A stretch of DNA of 63,520 bases, the filler included, from Hyphochytrium catenoides (Eukaryota > Protista > Hyphochytriomycota): assembly GCA_900088475.1 (NCBI GenBank). It is 16 parts of 16 records of this genome, joined end to end, with 100 filler letters (N's around TTAATTAATTAA, not from the genome) between each part and the next. Parts side by side here need not be neighbours in the genome. Positions count along the whole stretch, not along the records: positions 31,895 to 51,062 come from FLMG01003952.1; positions 51,163 to 56,669 come from FLMG01002684.1; positions 56,770 to 58,380 come from FLMG01001471.1; positions 58,481 to 61,088 come from FLMG01000679.1; positions 61,189 to 62,243 come from FLMG01004438.1; 11 more parts are not named here. One strand, given 5' to 3'. The position numbers and the translations under genes were made by a program. Below are positions 49,445 through 61,199 of this stretch, in pieces. Position 1 is the stretch's first letter, and the number at the start of each line of letters is the position of its first letter. The notes beneath the pieces are model-generated. The model was not told where the DNA came from. It made no database searches and saw only the letters and a list, made by a program, of their open reading frames with translations.

Positions 49445-51062
49445 TCAATCTCTTCCGCCCATTAGCGCGCTCCTTGCTTCGTCATCTTCAGGGTTAGCTC
49501 GTCGTCTTCTCCTGGCAGCCACAACCGCGATAGAGACAACGAAGGCAAGTAGCGCCAAGCTTCCAGTGATAAGAACAATACGAGGGATGCCGAAGAATTG
49601 CTCGTCGTCGTCGATTCTCCTGAAGCCTAGAAGGAAAGTTCTGATTTCCATGGGAGATAGTGTGATGATGGAGGAGCGCAAGAGATGTCTCTCTCGCTCT
49701 CTCTTTGGCCTCTCGTTGTTCTTCTCTCCTGCCTCTTTAGCGCCCGACCAATCTAAACGCTGGACCTCGTCCAATCGCTGATTGGTGCTGATTGAGGTCT
49801 CCAGAATGTCCGATAGAGAGAGAAGAGAGGGAGTGAAGAGCTGCTGAAGATCCACACTTACGGAGCCATTGCCCTTCTCATCTGAGGTCTCATAGCTGTG
49901 AGCCAGACGGAGAATCAACTGATGCTCCGACACTTTCTGCAGCGTAACGAGGTGCACTTGCGGGGGAAGAGGGGAGGCGAGAAGCGAGAGGTGGTCAATA
50001 TCCACGGTACTGTTCTCCCGTGAGGCCTCTTTGGAAGAGAGAGACAACAAAGGCTGGTCCCCTCTGACTCTAGAGGAAAGTGACGAACTTTCAAGGGAAG
50101 AAGCAGAATTGGGAGGAGAGGGAGAGAAGAAGAGCTCCGGAAGCGTCTGCAGCTGGTTACTAAGCGCTCTGTAGCTCTCCATTGACCTCTCAATAGTGTC
50201 TAAGGTTATCCAGTGGTGACCCGTGACCACCAGCCCCTGGCACTGGGCGCCAGGTGCCTGATCTCTTGGGTCTTCTTCACACATCTGCTCGTTTAGATTC
50301 TCGTCAACGCCTTTCTGATCATCGTGATAGAGGCGGCGGTGGACCATGATCTCGACCTGACGGAGAAGAAGTCGTTATTGCCCATGCAAAAGAGTTAGAC
50401 TGTGGAAGGTGAAAGTGCAGCTATCAAGCCCCAGGAGAGAAAAACTTGGCTAGCAGGTTAGGAGAATGAGAGAGAGATAGAGAGAAGAGAAGGAAGCATC
50501 CTAATTCTCCTACCTCACCATCCACCAAGCTCGTGCCTCCTTGTGCTCGATCGACCTGTCAGGGTAAGAACAGGCCAACAGGAAGGCCCAGACAGACAGA
50601 ACTTAGACCATAAAGCTCATAGAGCGGATGGAAGCAAAAGAAAGCCCAAGGAAAGCTCAGAGAAGAGAGAGTTCGTCTAGACTACAGCCGAGATAGAGTT
50701 AGGAAAGCCTTCATACATGGACTGAGAAGCGTGCGTTCTTCTGCTTGTCTTGGATGTACATGAGAGAGGTCAGAGGATAATAGTTTGCAGAGACAGGATC
50801 TGTCACAGCTAGCGGCCAAGTTGCGCGTTTATTTCTGTGAGACAAATAGCAAAAGCAACGGAGGCATCGAAGATTAGCCCAGACACAAAGAGAGGGAGAT
50901 GAAGGAAAGAGAGAGAGATGGAGAGAGGAGAGAAAGAGGATTGCTTGTAGCTAGAGGTGAAGCTCAAGTTAGGCAATGTGTACTGACCTCTGGCGCTTCT
51001 GCATATCTCGTCCGTTCGCATCTGTGTACCACTCTGCCGCATTATTGAGCTCTGTGTGCCAG
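49445..51062 (-). CDS. GH38 lysosomal-type alpha-mannosidase, C-terminal half (partial), with C-terminal TM helix
   Basis: WYTDANGRDMQKR / PVSANYYP / VDRAQGGTSLVDGE / VEIMVHRRL..DD.KGV.E.LNE / LPPQVHLVTL / LRLAH.YE / LSPMEIRTF. Confidence 0.93.
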
Positions 51063-51162
51063 NNNNNNNNNNNNNNNNNNNNNNNNNNNNNNNNNNNNNN
51101 NNNNNNTTAATTAATTAANNNNNNNNNNNNNNNNNNNNNNNNNNNNNNNNNNNNNNNNNNNN

Positions 51163-51308
51163 CTGCTCCCCAGCCTGCTCCCCAGCCAGCCTCCCAGCCT
51201 ACCTACTCCCCAGCCTGCTCCCTAGCCTGCTCCCCAGCCTGCTCCCCAGCCTGCTCCGCAGCCTGCTCCCTAGCCTGCTCCCTAGCCTGCTCTCCAGCCT
51301 GCTCCCAA
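51163..51308. repeat. 12-bp minisatellite (CCTGCTCCC[C/T]AG)n, ~12 copies
   Basis: Directly visible; truncated by the contig edge. Confidence 0.95.
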
Positions 51309-51387
51309 TTCTTACAATTTCAACAGCAGATCACCCCTCTAAGTTCAGTTTCCTTCTTTCCACTTACTTCAACCCTCAAAGCAGACG

Positions 51388-52677
51388 ATGGGAAGACTAA
51401 AGCCGCATTGTAGCTTGCTCACTGAAGATGGCGTTCAGTGCTCGAAGCAAGCGCGCCCTGGCCGCGATCGGTGTGCGCGTCATGGAGGGAGGACTATCTG
51501 TAGGGAGCAGGGTTGTGAACGTGTAAGTGTAAAGGGTGGCCTATGTGGCACTCACGGGGGCGCTCCTCGCCGACTATGTCAGAAAGAGGGATGTACTTTT
51601 ACCCGATACAGAGACAAGCTTTGCTGGAAGCACTATTCTGCAGGAGCAGATCAGCTCTTTCCCAACGTGCAAGGGCCCTCGACAGAAAGCGCAATTGCCG
51701 GAAGCGCCTCTGATTTGCCATCTCGACGGGAGCACAATATGGATGAAATCCACAGAGCAGATGTCTCTCTAGAACTCCAGGAGTTGCGACAGGCACTCCA
51801 GCAGGTGCGACAGGCACTGCAGCCGCAACTCCTAGAGCGACATAGTGACGTCTGCACAAGGAGTCAGCAAGAGGTAAAAGACTTGCGGGGTGCACTCATG
51901 AGACATCAGGAGTACGCTAAAGAGCTTTATGAGAGGGTGCAGATACTGCAGGAAGAAGTGCAGTTGCTAAAGGAGACCATTGGCCGGCAAGATGCCCCTT
52001 GTCGACGTTCTAGGCGACTCCCACCGGCAGAGGAGGACTTTGATATTGATGGAGCAGGCCTTAAACGTGTTCGAAAGCTGTGGAGGAGCAAAGGAGACAA
52101 GCTTATCCTCTTTCGGCAACCTATTGACATCCAAATCCCCCTTTCTGACCTGCGATCGCTTCGATTGAAGGGTATGGAAGGTGAAGAAGTGGCAGGCTCA
52201 GTAATCCACCTGTGGATGGCCCTGCTTCAGAAGTGGCATGAAGCCTCTGGCAGCAAGTGCTTTTCCATGGTTACCGTGAGCGCCAAGGGTCAAGTATCTT
52301 CACTTCCCTCGATAAGCCAAGGACGCGAGTTCTATCTGGCGGTCTACTTGGCAAACTATGGACATTATCTCTTGGTGGTTATACAAAACATGAAGGTAGT
52401 GTGGCTAGACTCACTGCATGACGCAGATTCCCCGAGGGGGAGGCAGATAGAGACTGCGGTGAGAAGCATCGCACTGCAGCTCCATCTATCGGACTATGTG
52501 GTAGATAGCATGTGTTGTCCTCATCAACAGAACGTTGTAGACTGTGGTGTTCTGGTATGCATTAACGCCTATCGTCTTAGCAAGGGTTTTACGCTCAATT
52601 ACAAGGCGGAAGAGAGCAGGAAGCTACGTTCCTGGCTCACCTGCCAGATTATAACCGAGATGCGTGAAGGTGACTAA
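51388..52677 (+). CDS. Zinc-finger (3x C-x4/7-C-x8/9-C-x2-H) + coiled-coil + Ulp1/C48 SUMO-protease-like protein, intronless
   Basis: CARHGG, CGTHGG and CWKH fingers; heptad region; catalytic His (GHYLLVV), Asp (WLDSL), and Gln/Cys (QQNVVDCGV). Confidence 0.85.
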   Translation: MGRLKPHCSLLTEDGVQCSKQARPGRDRCARHGGRTICREQGCERVSVKGGLCGTHGGAPRRLCQKEGCTFTRYRDKLCWKHYSAGADQLFPNVQGPSTESAIAGSASDLPSRREHNMDEIHRADVSLELQELRQALQQVRQALQPQLLERHSDVCTRSQQEVKDLRGALMRHQEYAKELYERVQILQEEVQLLKETIGRQDAPCRRSRRLPPAEEDFDIDGAGLKRVRKLWRSKGDKLILFRQPIDIQIPLSDLRSLRLKGMEGEEVAGSVIHLWMALLQKWHEASGSKCFSMVTVSAKGQVSSLPSISQGREFYLAVYLANYGHYLLVVIQNMKVVWLDSLHDADSPRGRQIETAVRSIALQLHLSDYVVDSMCCPHQQNVVDCGVLVCINAYRLSKGFTLNYKAEESRKLRSWLTCQIITEMREGD

Positions 52678-53589
52678 CAGCTGCAGATCTCGCCTTCCTC
52701 ATGTCCGGACACTACATCAGTCTCTACTTTCATAAAAGACGGTCCTAGCAGACATCTTTCGATAGCTCTGAGCCGTTGGGTTTCAATTTTTTGTCATTTA
52801 TTTCTTCTTATTGCGTTATTCTCGAAATAGCAGGAAGCGCCCATCAGCAAGGCTGCAGAGAGAACCCCGAGAACTGCACCTTTGCCTTTCAAGATCTGTT
52901 GCGGGTAGAAAAGAGTGAAAACCAAACACCGCTATGAAACCGGTTCACGATTGCCTGTAGGGGTTGACCTTCACAAACACTTGCCTCGATAAAGAAAGCA
53001 TCATTTCTTTCATTTGATTCTCTTCTCTGTGTCTAAGTAGAAACCCAATAATGTCTACAGCGTCTATTGTTGTTTGACACAAGGCTCACCGTGCTGCAAG
53101 CAGACTATAAGGACCAAACAGGCAGGATTCGCCGGAGTGCTCAGAGATTTTAAGGGAGCGTAGTAACGACTCCCGACTTCTCAACCATTGGGACCAAGAA
53201 CCAATAATCTTCGGAGTAAAGCCAGGACTTCGGCGATTGTACCAGGGCCAAGTCGGGGACTTTCGTGACTTCTCCGCTGGCAAGTTGGCCATTTGGTACC
53301 CTCTGGGCCAGCCCGCAACCCCCACTCTCCTTTGATAAGCATCACCACCACGTGGAAGGAAGTGAATTGTAAACAACGACGTTCCTTTCGCAGCTGGTAG
53401 ACCCGATTTGTATTTTAGAATTGGATCAAGCCCCTCATTAGCCTTCCCAGATTTTCTTGCTATTTATAGAGCTCATTGCTCAACATTGCAAGTGTTAAGA
53501 GCCCAAGAATCCGACAGCTTTCGCAGCGTCCATCCCTCTCTTCTCGACGGTCTAATCCTACCCTGGCTGGCCACAAGTAGGAATTTCAG

Positions 53590-53790
53590 GATAAGTCGAT
53601 CTTGGGGCGGTTAGAGGGCAAAACCGCGAGAGTTCTCATGGTAAGCAACATCTGCTCTTTTCCTTCCGCAATGGTGCGGCAAGCACACTCCCATGGTCAC
53701 GAATGAACTGTCAAATGCTACTAGCGCGTTTTTCTTGCAGCGGGTATGGGAGGCACTGTCATAACATGTCTCATAACAACAGCAAAAAGT
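53590..53790 (-). pseudogene. Remnant of a further zinc-finger gene
   Basis: C.HTRCKKNAL...GVCLPHHCGRK in a disrupted frame. Confidence 0.3.
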
Positions 53791-53869
53791 ACATCAGTTT
53801 GTAAGCCAGCCACCGCGTTGGCTTCTCACGGGTAGGATATTTGGATTGAGCCTTCCACGGCACACTTTG

Positions 53870-55266
53870 TAAGCAATTAGCCAAACATAAATGTAGACGG
53901 AGGAGCGGCTGCACGCACGCCACAGCCATATGTGTTTTGCGGTTGGGGGACAGGCCATAAACGTCAGTCTTTCAAGCTGCCCAGAAAATTGCTCACAACG
54001 CATGTTGCCGTACGTCTGCGCTTCTCTTCTAGTTGATTAGAGCGAGTTAAGACAGTGAACTGTTCTCTCCTGGACATGAAAGAGCACATAGTGTTCTGAC
54101 TGGACCAAGAAGACCAGGTAGGAGCATGCCATTCGCGAGGTGCTCAGGAAAGTCCATGGATGACCGCATGGCGCTGAACTTCAGTTGAGAAAAGTGTCTC
54201 GCCAGCATAAGCATCCACATGTGACGCAGCCTCTCCTCATCAGTCCAACAACTGAGTGGCGGCAGCAGCAGCTGCGAATCTTCTCTTTCTTCCACGGAAC
54301 AGAAAAGCAGGAAGAAAGGATTCTCTTTTTCTATGAAACATGGCTGGTCCCTAATCTCCTTCTCTTCTATTATCGATCTCTTCTCCTTTGTACTTTTGCA
54401 ACCTGTCGCATGTGAGTTTCTCTGATGTATTAAGCGGCAAGATCAGAGGAGAGAAGAAGAGAGAGAAGCCCAACGAGTCAAAGACCATGAGACGAGAGAA
54501 CACCAGAAGATGAACGACCAAAGTAGTAGAAGAAGAAGAACTCTTTCCTTGGAGAAGAGAAAGAAGGAGCAGGAGAGAAACAAGGAAAGGCCGAACTTAG
54601 GAAGCATTCATACGCCGCTGATGCTTCAGTTTTGGCGGATGCAAAATCATCAACCCTGGCAGACGCCTGATCACGGACCATTCTAGCCTTTTACCAGCCA
54701 GTAGGTCCTTTAAATAAGTCTTTATGGGTGACCTTGATTCCGCCTGAACACCCAAGCTCTTTCTTGCCATCATAGCTTCGCTGCCGGTGCTCGGAAGACT
54801 TACAAAGCTCGTTGAGGCGGCCCTCTTCCAGGCTAGTTAAGCGACCTATGTCTCCCAGGACCGTTGACGTAGGCGAAGACGAAGCCGCAATCGTCATAGG
54901 AGCCCTCTGCACTGGCGGACAAGGCTCAGAAAGAAGTGGATGCTCAACTGCAGTGGGCTCTAAAGCAAGCCTAATTCTCTCTTATTCATAGAAATGACGA
55001 TGGCAGAGGCCGCCGCTTTTGGTGGCCACCTTGGTGCAATGTTCCCATCTACATGAGGGCGGCAGGTAGTTGGGATCCAGAGCTCTTGCATGAGCTCGGC
55101 ACTTCGTCGTTTTCGGCCTTCTCCTTTTTAAGCATCCAGGTACATCACAGGGGGGATACTGACGCTTCGGAAGAACAATCCCAGCGGCAGCAAGGTGCTG
55201 ATGGCACTTCCCGTGCCGCCCACGAGCAAAGCGGAGGCACTCAGCGACCAGACAGTGCTTCACCAT
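53870..55266 (-). pseudogene. Disrupted paralogue of the zinc-finger/coiled-coil/Ulp1 gene
   Basis: Three fingers (55266-54982, ends in a stop), then LRHMWMLML, YLVFLVQSEHYVLFHVQERTVHCLNSL* and CP-QPQNTYGCGV. These align with VIHLWMALL, YLAVYLANYGHYLLVVIQNMKVVWLDSL and CPHQQNVVDCGV; stops and frameshifts throughout. Confidence 0.75.
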
Positions 55267-55627
55267 GAGCTGTGATGATTGAAGCCGCAGTGGTTGGCTT
55301 GCTGGATTGGATAATGCTTTCAGAGCCTCTTCTGTTTGGGAGATGTGGACTCACATACAGTAGTTCAACGGTACAAGAAGACGTCGTCCATGACAGGACA
55401 TGATGCTGCAATTGCACGTTTTCAGTCTTAGCGAATTTGTGTATTTAGGAGAGATTTTATCCTCAGTCTTAACGTTGCAAGTTACAGAGAAGGCACCTTA
55501 TAGCTTCATATCTCCGCCAACTTCACTTTGTTTTTGGAGGCATGAAGCTCTTTCTAGGCGTGAGAAATCGCCACCAAAAGCTCAGCTCTCCCATTCTATG
55601 GCTTACACTAAAAGTTGAGAGGGACCA

Positions 55628-55768
55628 GGTGTCAGGCGTCGGACATGTCATTGTTGGGCCTGACATGTCAGGCACTCCAAAAAATCATTTTTGTGAAAAG
55701 TTTTAGGGTATCTGGGTCGAGCCCAGGTCTGAAGATGGGTAATGTTCGACGTCTGACATGTCAGGCAT
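55628..55768. repeat. Cluster of TGACATGTCA palindromes
   Basis: Perfect 16-bp GCCTGACATGTCAGGC at 55658-55673, CTGACATGTCAG at 55753-55764, partial copy at ~55641. Confidence 0.85.
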
Positions 55769-58700
55769 TTGTAGGTCTAGTAACCAGTTTTTGGTTACTC
55801 ATTCTGTACTTCCCAAGAGAATCTGCAGTCTGCGTCTGCAGTCTCCTTTCTGTTCTGTCCTTGCCAGAAGTTGAGGAAGTTGAGAAGACTTGCACTTCTT
55901 GTTGGCGGAGCACTAGTTCCTACTGGCTGGATGATCTAGGAAACATCATCACCCTTATCGTTGCGGCTTGATCATCACCCTTATCATACATCCCTTCACC
56001 GTCTTGTGCTATCCTATGGCCTCGACCCAGCGCTTGGAATGGTCGCCGCAGGGAGGTAAGGGCAGCCTACCGCTGCTAAACGATGAGATTGAAGCATGCA
56101 TTCATTCCAAAGGAAGATTATCAGCCTACTCTTCGTGGGTGAAGATGGTATTGGAAGGTGATTGAGTTTGTCTGGATCGGTCCTGGGCCCCTTCCTCCAT
56201 CNNNNNNNNNNNNNNNNNNNNNNNNNNNNNNNNNNNNNNNNNNNNNNNNNNNNNNNNCCTCTCTCTGCCTCTCTACTGACAATACTACTACTCCGTCGTC
56301 CTCTATAGTCATCTAATCCTCTCTTTCCCTTCCTCTATCCTCATCACATACACTCTCCTTCTCAAATCTTTTCTTTTCTTTTCCCCCTCACAAGTGCTCT
56401 TTGTGTCCAGAGCCTTGTCCATCTCCTTTTCTCTCTAGCCAAAGGCCTCTCTTTCTCTCTCTTTCTCTTTTCTGCCTGATACATACTCTCTCTGAAGATC
56501 TGTTTTCTCTCCCTTTTTAAATTAACAAAGAAGCCAGGCTCTCTCTGCTTAGTTGGTGCGCCTCTAACTCAATAATATGCTCTCGTACTTCTCACTGAAT
56601 AACACTCTGCCGCAGACTAATATTTTCTCCATCTCCATCGTTTACTTCCGTGCCCTCTCTTATTCTACCNNNNNNNNNNNNNNNNNNNNNNNNNNNNNNN
56701 NNNNNNNNNNNNNTTAATTAATTAANNNNNNNNNNNNNNNNNNNNNNNNNNNNNNNNNNNNNNNNNNNNAATCTCTGGAATATTCACCGCTATTAGTAAG
56801 AATACACAGTGATAAATTCCAGATCCTTGTGCTATGCTTACCAGTAGCGGCTCCTTTTCCGTTACTCAGATTAATTTTGGCGGATGACATACATACACAG
56901 ACAGAGAGAGAGAATCAGATACTTTTATATTTTTGGATTGACTTCCCAGACTCCATTTGACTGTTGTTTGGGTCCGAGTTGGATTCTGACGCATCACAAT
57001 AAGGTGAGTAATGTGAACCACTGACCGGCGGCAGTGGTAGACAAGTGATAAGTGAATGATGATGGCAGACCGGTGTAGGCTTGTGACCCGAACGAGGTAC
57101 TACTACTAGCTACGAAGTGATCTATCCTCCGAACAAAGAGGTCGTAGTTCTATTACTATATTGACAGACACTTGCGTCGTCTACTTCAGTAGTAGGTTGG
57201 CTTCACTCGCTTCGTAAGAACCTTACTGTTCTTACATTGTTGTCGCAACAGTAGTGCTATTGTTGCTACATCCTACCTGCTGTTGTTATGACGTATGCCA
57301 CCACCATGCCCTGGTGGCTGCCTTCCTTCTTCCTCGCGCTCTCCCCGTAAGGAACCCTAGTGAATAGCTTCTCCAAATCCGGACTAAAACTCTTAACTGA
57401 AGAAGGACCATCATGATATCCCCGCGGCCTAAAGCATAATAACAATAGTTCTTCTCTGTCACGAGTCATTAAGTTCTACTTACGATTCTCTTCTTCCGTT
57501 TTTTTGGTTGGTAATGGGCCTTCACAGCATTGAAGGTTGCACTATCTGGCGTGTCTCTTACGTAATCAGCATAACAATAATAAAAATGGGCCGTCTGACA
57601 GATAAGCACTTGCATCTAGCTGTCCTATTATTCCTCAGTGACCTGTTCCGAGTACGAATGTACTACTTGTTGCCATTTTCTGCAGCAGCAGCCTGTAAAG
57701 CTATATATATAGGCGTTAGCAGCTTGCTTTGGAAAATCCGTTACATAAAGATCACTTTTATGACACGCGATGACGAGCAAAAAGTTCATCGTTCTCTTCC
57801 AGCTCTTCTCATCATGACACTTCCCTCCCCCTATGTGCTAACCGTAGAACTCTCTCTTAGCTCTGGCACCGAGTGCGTTCCTTTGTTTGATGACCTAACA
57901 GGAAGGAAGTGATGATCGGATCGTTCGTATGGTCCAGTCGCTTGCCGTCGTCGTCTTCCTCTTACTACTGTACTGTGCGCCTTCACAGTTCTTTCTTGCT
58001 AAAGAATGAGGAAAGGATCTTCGGCGCACGGTCGGGGGCGAGGTTGATGGTTAAACCTCTCAGGCCGGTGATGCCGACTAGTGATCTCTCCAACTCATAC
58101 CAACTCTTTGAAGCCTATCAATCTCCTACCATACGGAGGCGTAGGTACGGGCAATAATAGACGAAGAACTTTGCCCACCCTGTGCCATTCTAGCAAATCA
58201 GATTCTCTTATTAGTGTCGGGCGATAGAACTGAGGCCCTCTGTTCTGACGCGTAGAGATCGATGTTTAAAGGTACTCGCTCTTATAGAGAAAAAAAGGTC
58301 TAGGATGGATTCTATCCTACGATGTTGGAGACGGGTTAGACAGGATGATATAGATAAGCAGCGGGAGCTCAAGCTTGAGGNNNNNNNNNNNNNNNNNNNN
58401 NNNNNNNNNNNNNNNNNNNNNNNNTTAATTAATTAANNNNNNNNNNNNNNNNNNNNNNNNNNNNNNNNNNNNNNNNNNNNAGTTATGGCCTAAAGGCACC
58501 TCAGGTAGAGACTTTGTGCTTGCCGCGCAGCCTTGTCAGCGGGGATCCGAGCACCAGTAAATATCAAGCACTGGGGCTGCTGAGTGGAAGGTGTCTCAAC
58601 CGATGGTCTTCGCTAGCTCTCTCTCTCAGTTGTTTCTCTCCGGGGTAACGGGTCTTCATAAGCCAAGCTTCTGGCAGAGTCAGAGCAGAGAAAATCAACT

Positions 58701-58895
58701 ATCTCCAGCAGCAGCTGGGCTCTTAAGCTGTTTCTCTCTATCTGTTTCTCTCTATTTCTCTTCACTCTCTGTCTCTCTCTCTCTCATCTCTCTCGTTTCC
58801 TACATCTTTTCTCTCTCTCTCCCTCTGTCTTTCTCTTTGTCTCTCTTACTCTCGCTCTTTCTCTCTGTTTCTCTCTCTCTGTTTCTCTCTCTCTG

Positions 58896-58926
<31 letters not shown>

Positions 58927-58927
58927 T

Positions 58928-58961
<34 letters not shown>

Positions 58962-59861
58962 CGTGCAGCAGTTGGCGATGACAGTGGCGCTGCCTCTTCC
59001 TCTCTCTCTCTCTCTCTTTCCGCGCTGGGGCAGTTGCAGAGCTTCATCCCTTGTGTAAAGGGACCATGGGCACTCCTACACGGACCAGCAGATACACCAT
59101 TGTCTTACATACAGAATAACATGGAGATATGTACTTCTATCTAGAATATACCTACCGTTGTATTGGACTGATTCGGAATAGCACATTTTAGGGCTGAAGT
59201 TTATAAGTCAGGGCTCCTCCACTCTGGGCAGGGCCACGTGACTCCTGGTACTTCGTTATTCCGCATTATGGCTAATCTCCCAGGACACACTTTCCCTGCG
59301 ATTGCCGTGGATCGACTCCCGACCCATGGCAATTGTTTTTTCCCCCCAATAAGCTCTCCTCACTCTCATGTACAGGTACTTGTACGAGTACAGTAACTAC
59401 TTTTATTTACTCCCTTAATTTTTATAAAGAATCACTACTGGACGAATATAGAATAGTCCCAAACGTACGAGTACCAAATGCAGTGAGTACAACTAGTACT
59501 ACTACTACGAATCCTAGTCCTCCGAGGAGATCTTCTTTGATAGCGCGGCAGAAGAAGAGGTGCTCGCTGCTGATGCTGTTGGTCCTCCTCCTGCTGGAGA
59601 ACGTCTTCTCGAAAGGCACGTAGGAGAGGAAGGCGGATGCTTACCATCTGTGCGTGTTAGCGGTACGAATCCATAACCGGCTGCCGCACAATCATCAGCG
59701 TAGCGGGCAAGTTTGGCGTTATGTGCTAGACTAGCAACGTAACCAGGCTGGAGTAAGTGCTGCAGGAAGAATGTAGGTATGCTGCAACGACTCTCGGATG
59801 GTTACATCAAAGCATGTTGAGGACTTGCCAGGCTTATAGCCCTCAATGGTTAGGTAACTAC

Positions 59862-59973
59862 TGCTAGACTTAACGCAGGTAACATAGAACTAGACTTACC
59901 ACTTCCTGTCTACTACTTCATTTAGAAAGAGTTGAAGAGTACTAGAACTATGTTACCTGCGTAAAGTCTAGCA
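59862..59973. repeat. ~32-bp imperfect inverted repeat with ~48-nt spacer
   Basis: tgctagacttaacgcaggtaacatagaactag versus the reverse complement of ctagaactatgttacctgcgtaaagtctagca. Confidence 0.85.
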
Positions 59974-59984
59974 ACTTCTGCGCC

Positions 59985-61088
59985 AAGAGACCTCCCTCCT
60001 CTCCTTCCGCCTCCTTTCGCTCTATCAGCCGACGAGGTAGCTGAGGTCATTGCTACATTGCTACCTTCCCCTCGGGATCTGCTGCCGGGGCTTCTGGCTT
60101 TCGCCCTCAGTAGTTCAAGGACATTCTCTCCTCTGCCAACCCCGAAGACCGCAAGAGGGTTTCTTGCTAGTGCTCCACTCATTGCCATCAATAAACGAGG
60201 TGGTGGTCTACGCCCTATTGCGATAGGAGAAGCCCTAAGGCGTTTGGTCTCAAAGTGCTGTTGCAAAAGAGTTAACGAGCAGGCCCGTGAACTCTTAGCT
60301 CCTATACAAGTTGGAGTTGGCTCTCCGGGCGGTGCTGAGGCTGTTGCTCATGCTACACGTCGATTGGTTCGGGAATATGGAGAAGATGACTCAAGAGCCT
60401 TATTGAAGGTGGACTTTGCCAACGCTTTTAATAGCATTGACAGATCCCTTCTTTTACAAGATGTTCTCGCCAACTTACCTCAGCTCTCCCGTTGGGTCAG
60501 TCTTTGCTATGGACAACCAGCTGTGCTACTCTTTGGCCCCTATACACTGTCTAGTGCTTCTGGGGTTCAGCAAGGTGACCCTCTTGGTCCCCTCCTTTTC
60601 TCGTTAGTGCTGCGCCGGCTATCGGACAGAATCAGGGCGGAGGTTCCTGGCCTTGATTTGCACGCGTGGTACTTGGATGACGGGACATTCGTCGGGCGCC
60701 TGGAGGATGTTCGCCGAGCTCTTACCACTGTGCAGGTATATTGTGGAGAGCTTGGCTTGACCCTAAACATGGAAAAATGTGAACTATGGTGGCCTACACG
60801 AGCCAATGAATGGCCCACCTTTCCTGATCCCATCCGTCGATGTCCACCTAGCGGGGTGGAGATTCTGGGGACTCCAATTGGCTCACTTCATGGCATTGAT
60901 CTTGCACTCGATGCTGTGGAGGATGCTCAGATCGAGCTTTTCCTGTTCCGGGGCTGTTTGGGTTATGACAGGATCAACCACTTACTTCGAACATGTTCGC
61001 CCGATCTGATGGAGGGCCCGATGGAGGAGTTTGACCTCCGTTAGCTAGAAGTATTCCGTGCTGTGCTCCGCACCCCGGCCATATCGGA
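59985..61088 (+). mobile_element. CRE-clade non-LTR retrotransposon reverse transcriptase (degenerate, partial)
   Basis: FPSGSAAGASGFRPQ, LRPIAIGEALRRLVSK, QVGVGSPGGAEA, KVDFANAFNSIDR, SGVQQGDPLGPLLF, WYLDDG, GLTLNMEKCE. Shows an 8-bp duplication (cattgcta x2), a stop and internal deletions. Confidence 0.93.
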
Positions 61089-61199
61089 NNNNNNNNNNNN
61101 NNNNNNNNNNNNNNNNNNNNNNNNNNNNNNNNTTAATTAATTAANNNNNNNNNNNNNNNNNNNNNNNNNNNNNNNNNNNNNNNNNNNNACTCGCTTTTA

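Noticed and set aside
33570-51062. A functional glycan gene cluster (GT49 + GH38 + nucleotidase)
   Set aside because: Interspersed with unrelated housekeeping genes; ordinary eukaryotic gene neighbourhood is sufficient explanation.
51163-51308. (PAPQ)n coding extension of the Ulp1 gene
   Set aside because: Several units have TAG in that frame; treated as a non-coding minisatellite.
56770-58380. Short ORFs in this contig and in 22123-23371
   Set aside because: No recognisable motifs, splice pattern or codon bias.
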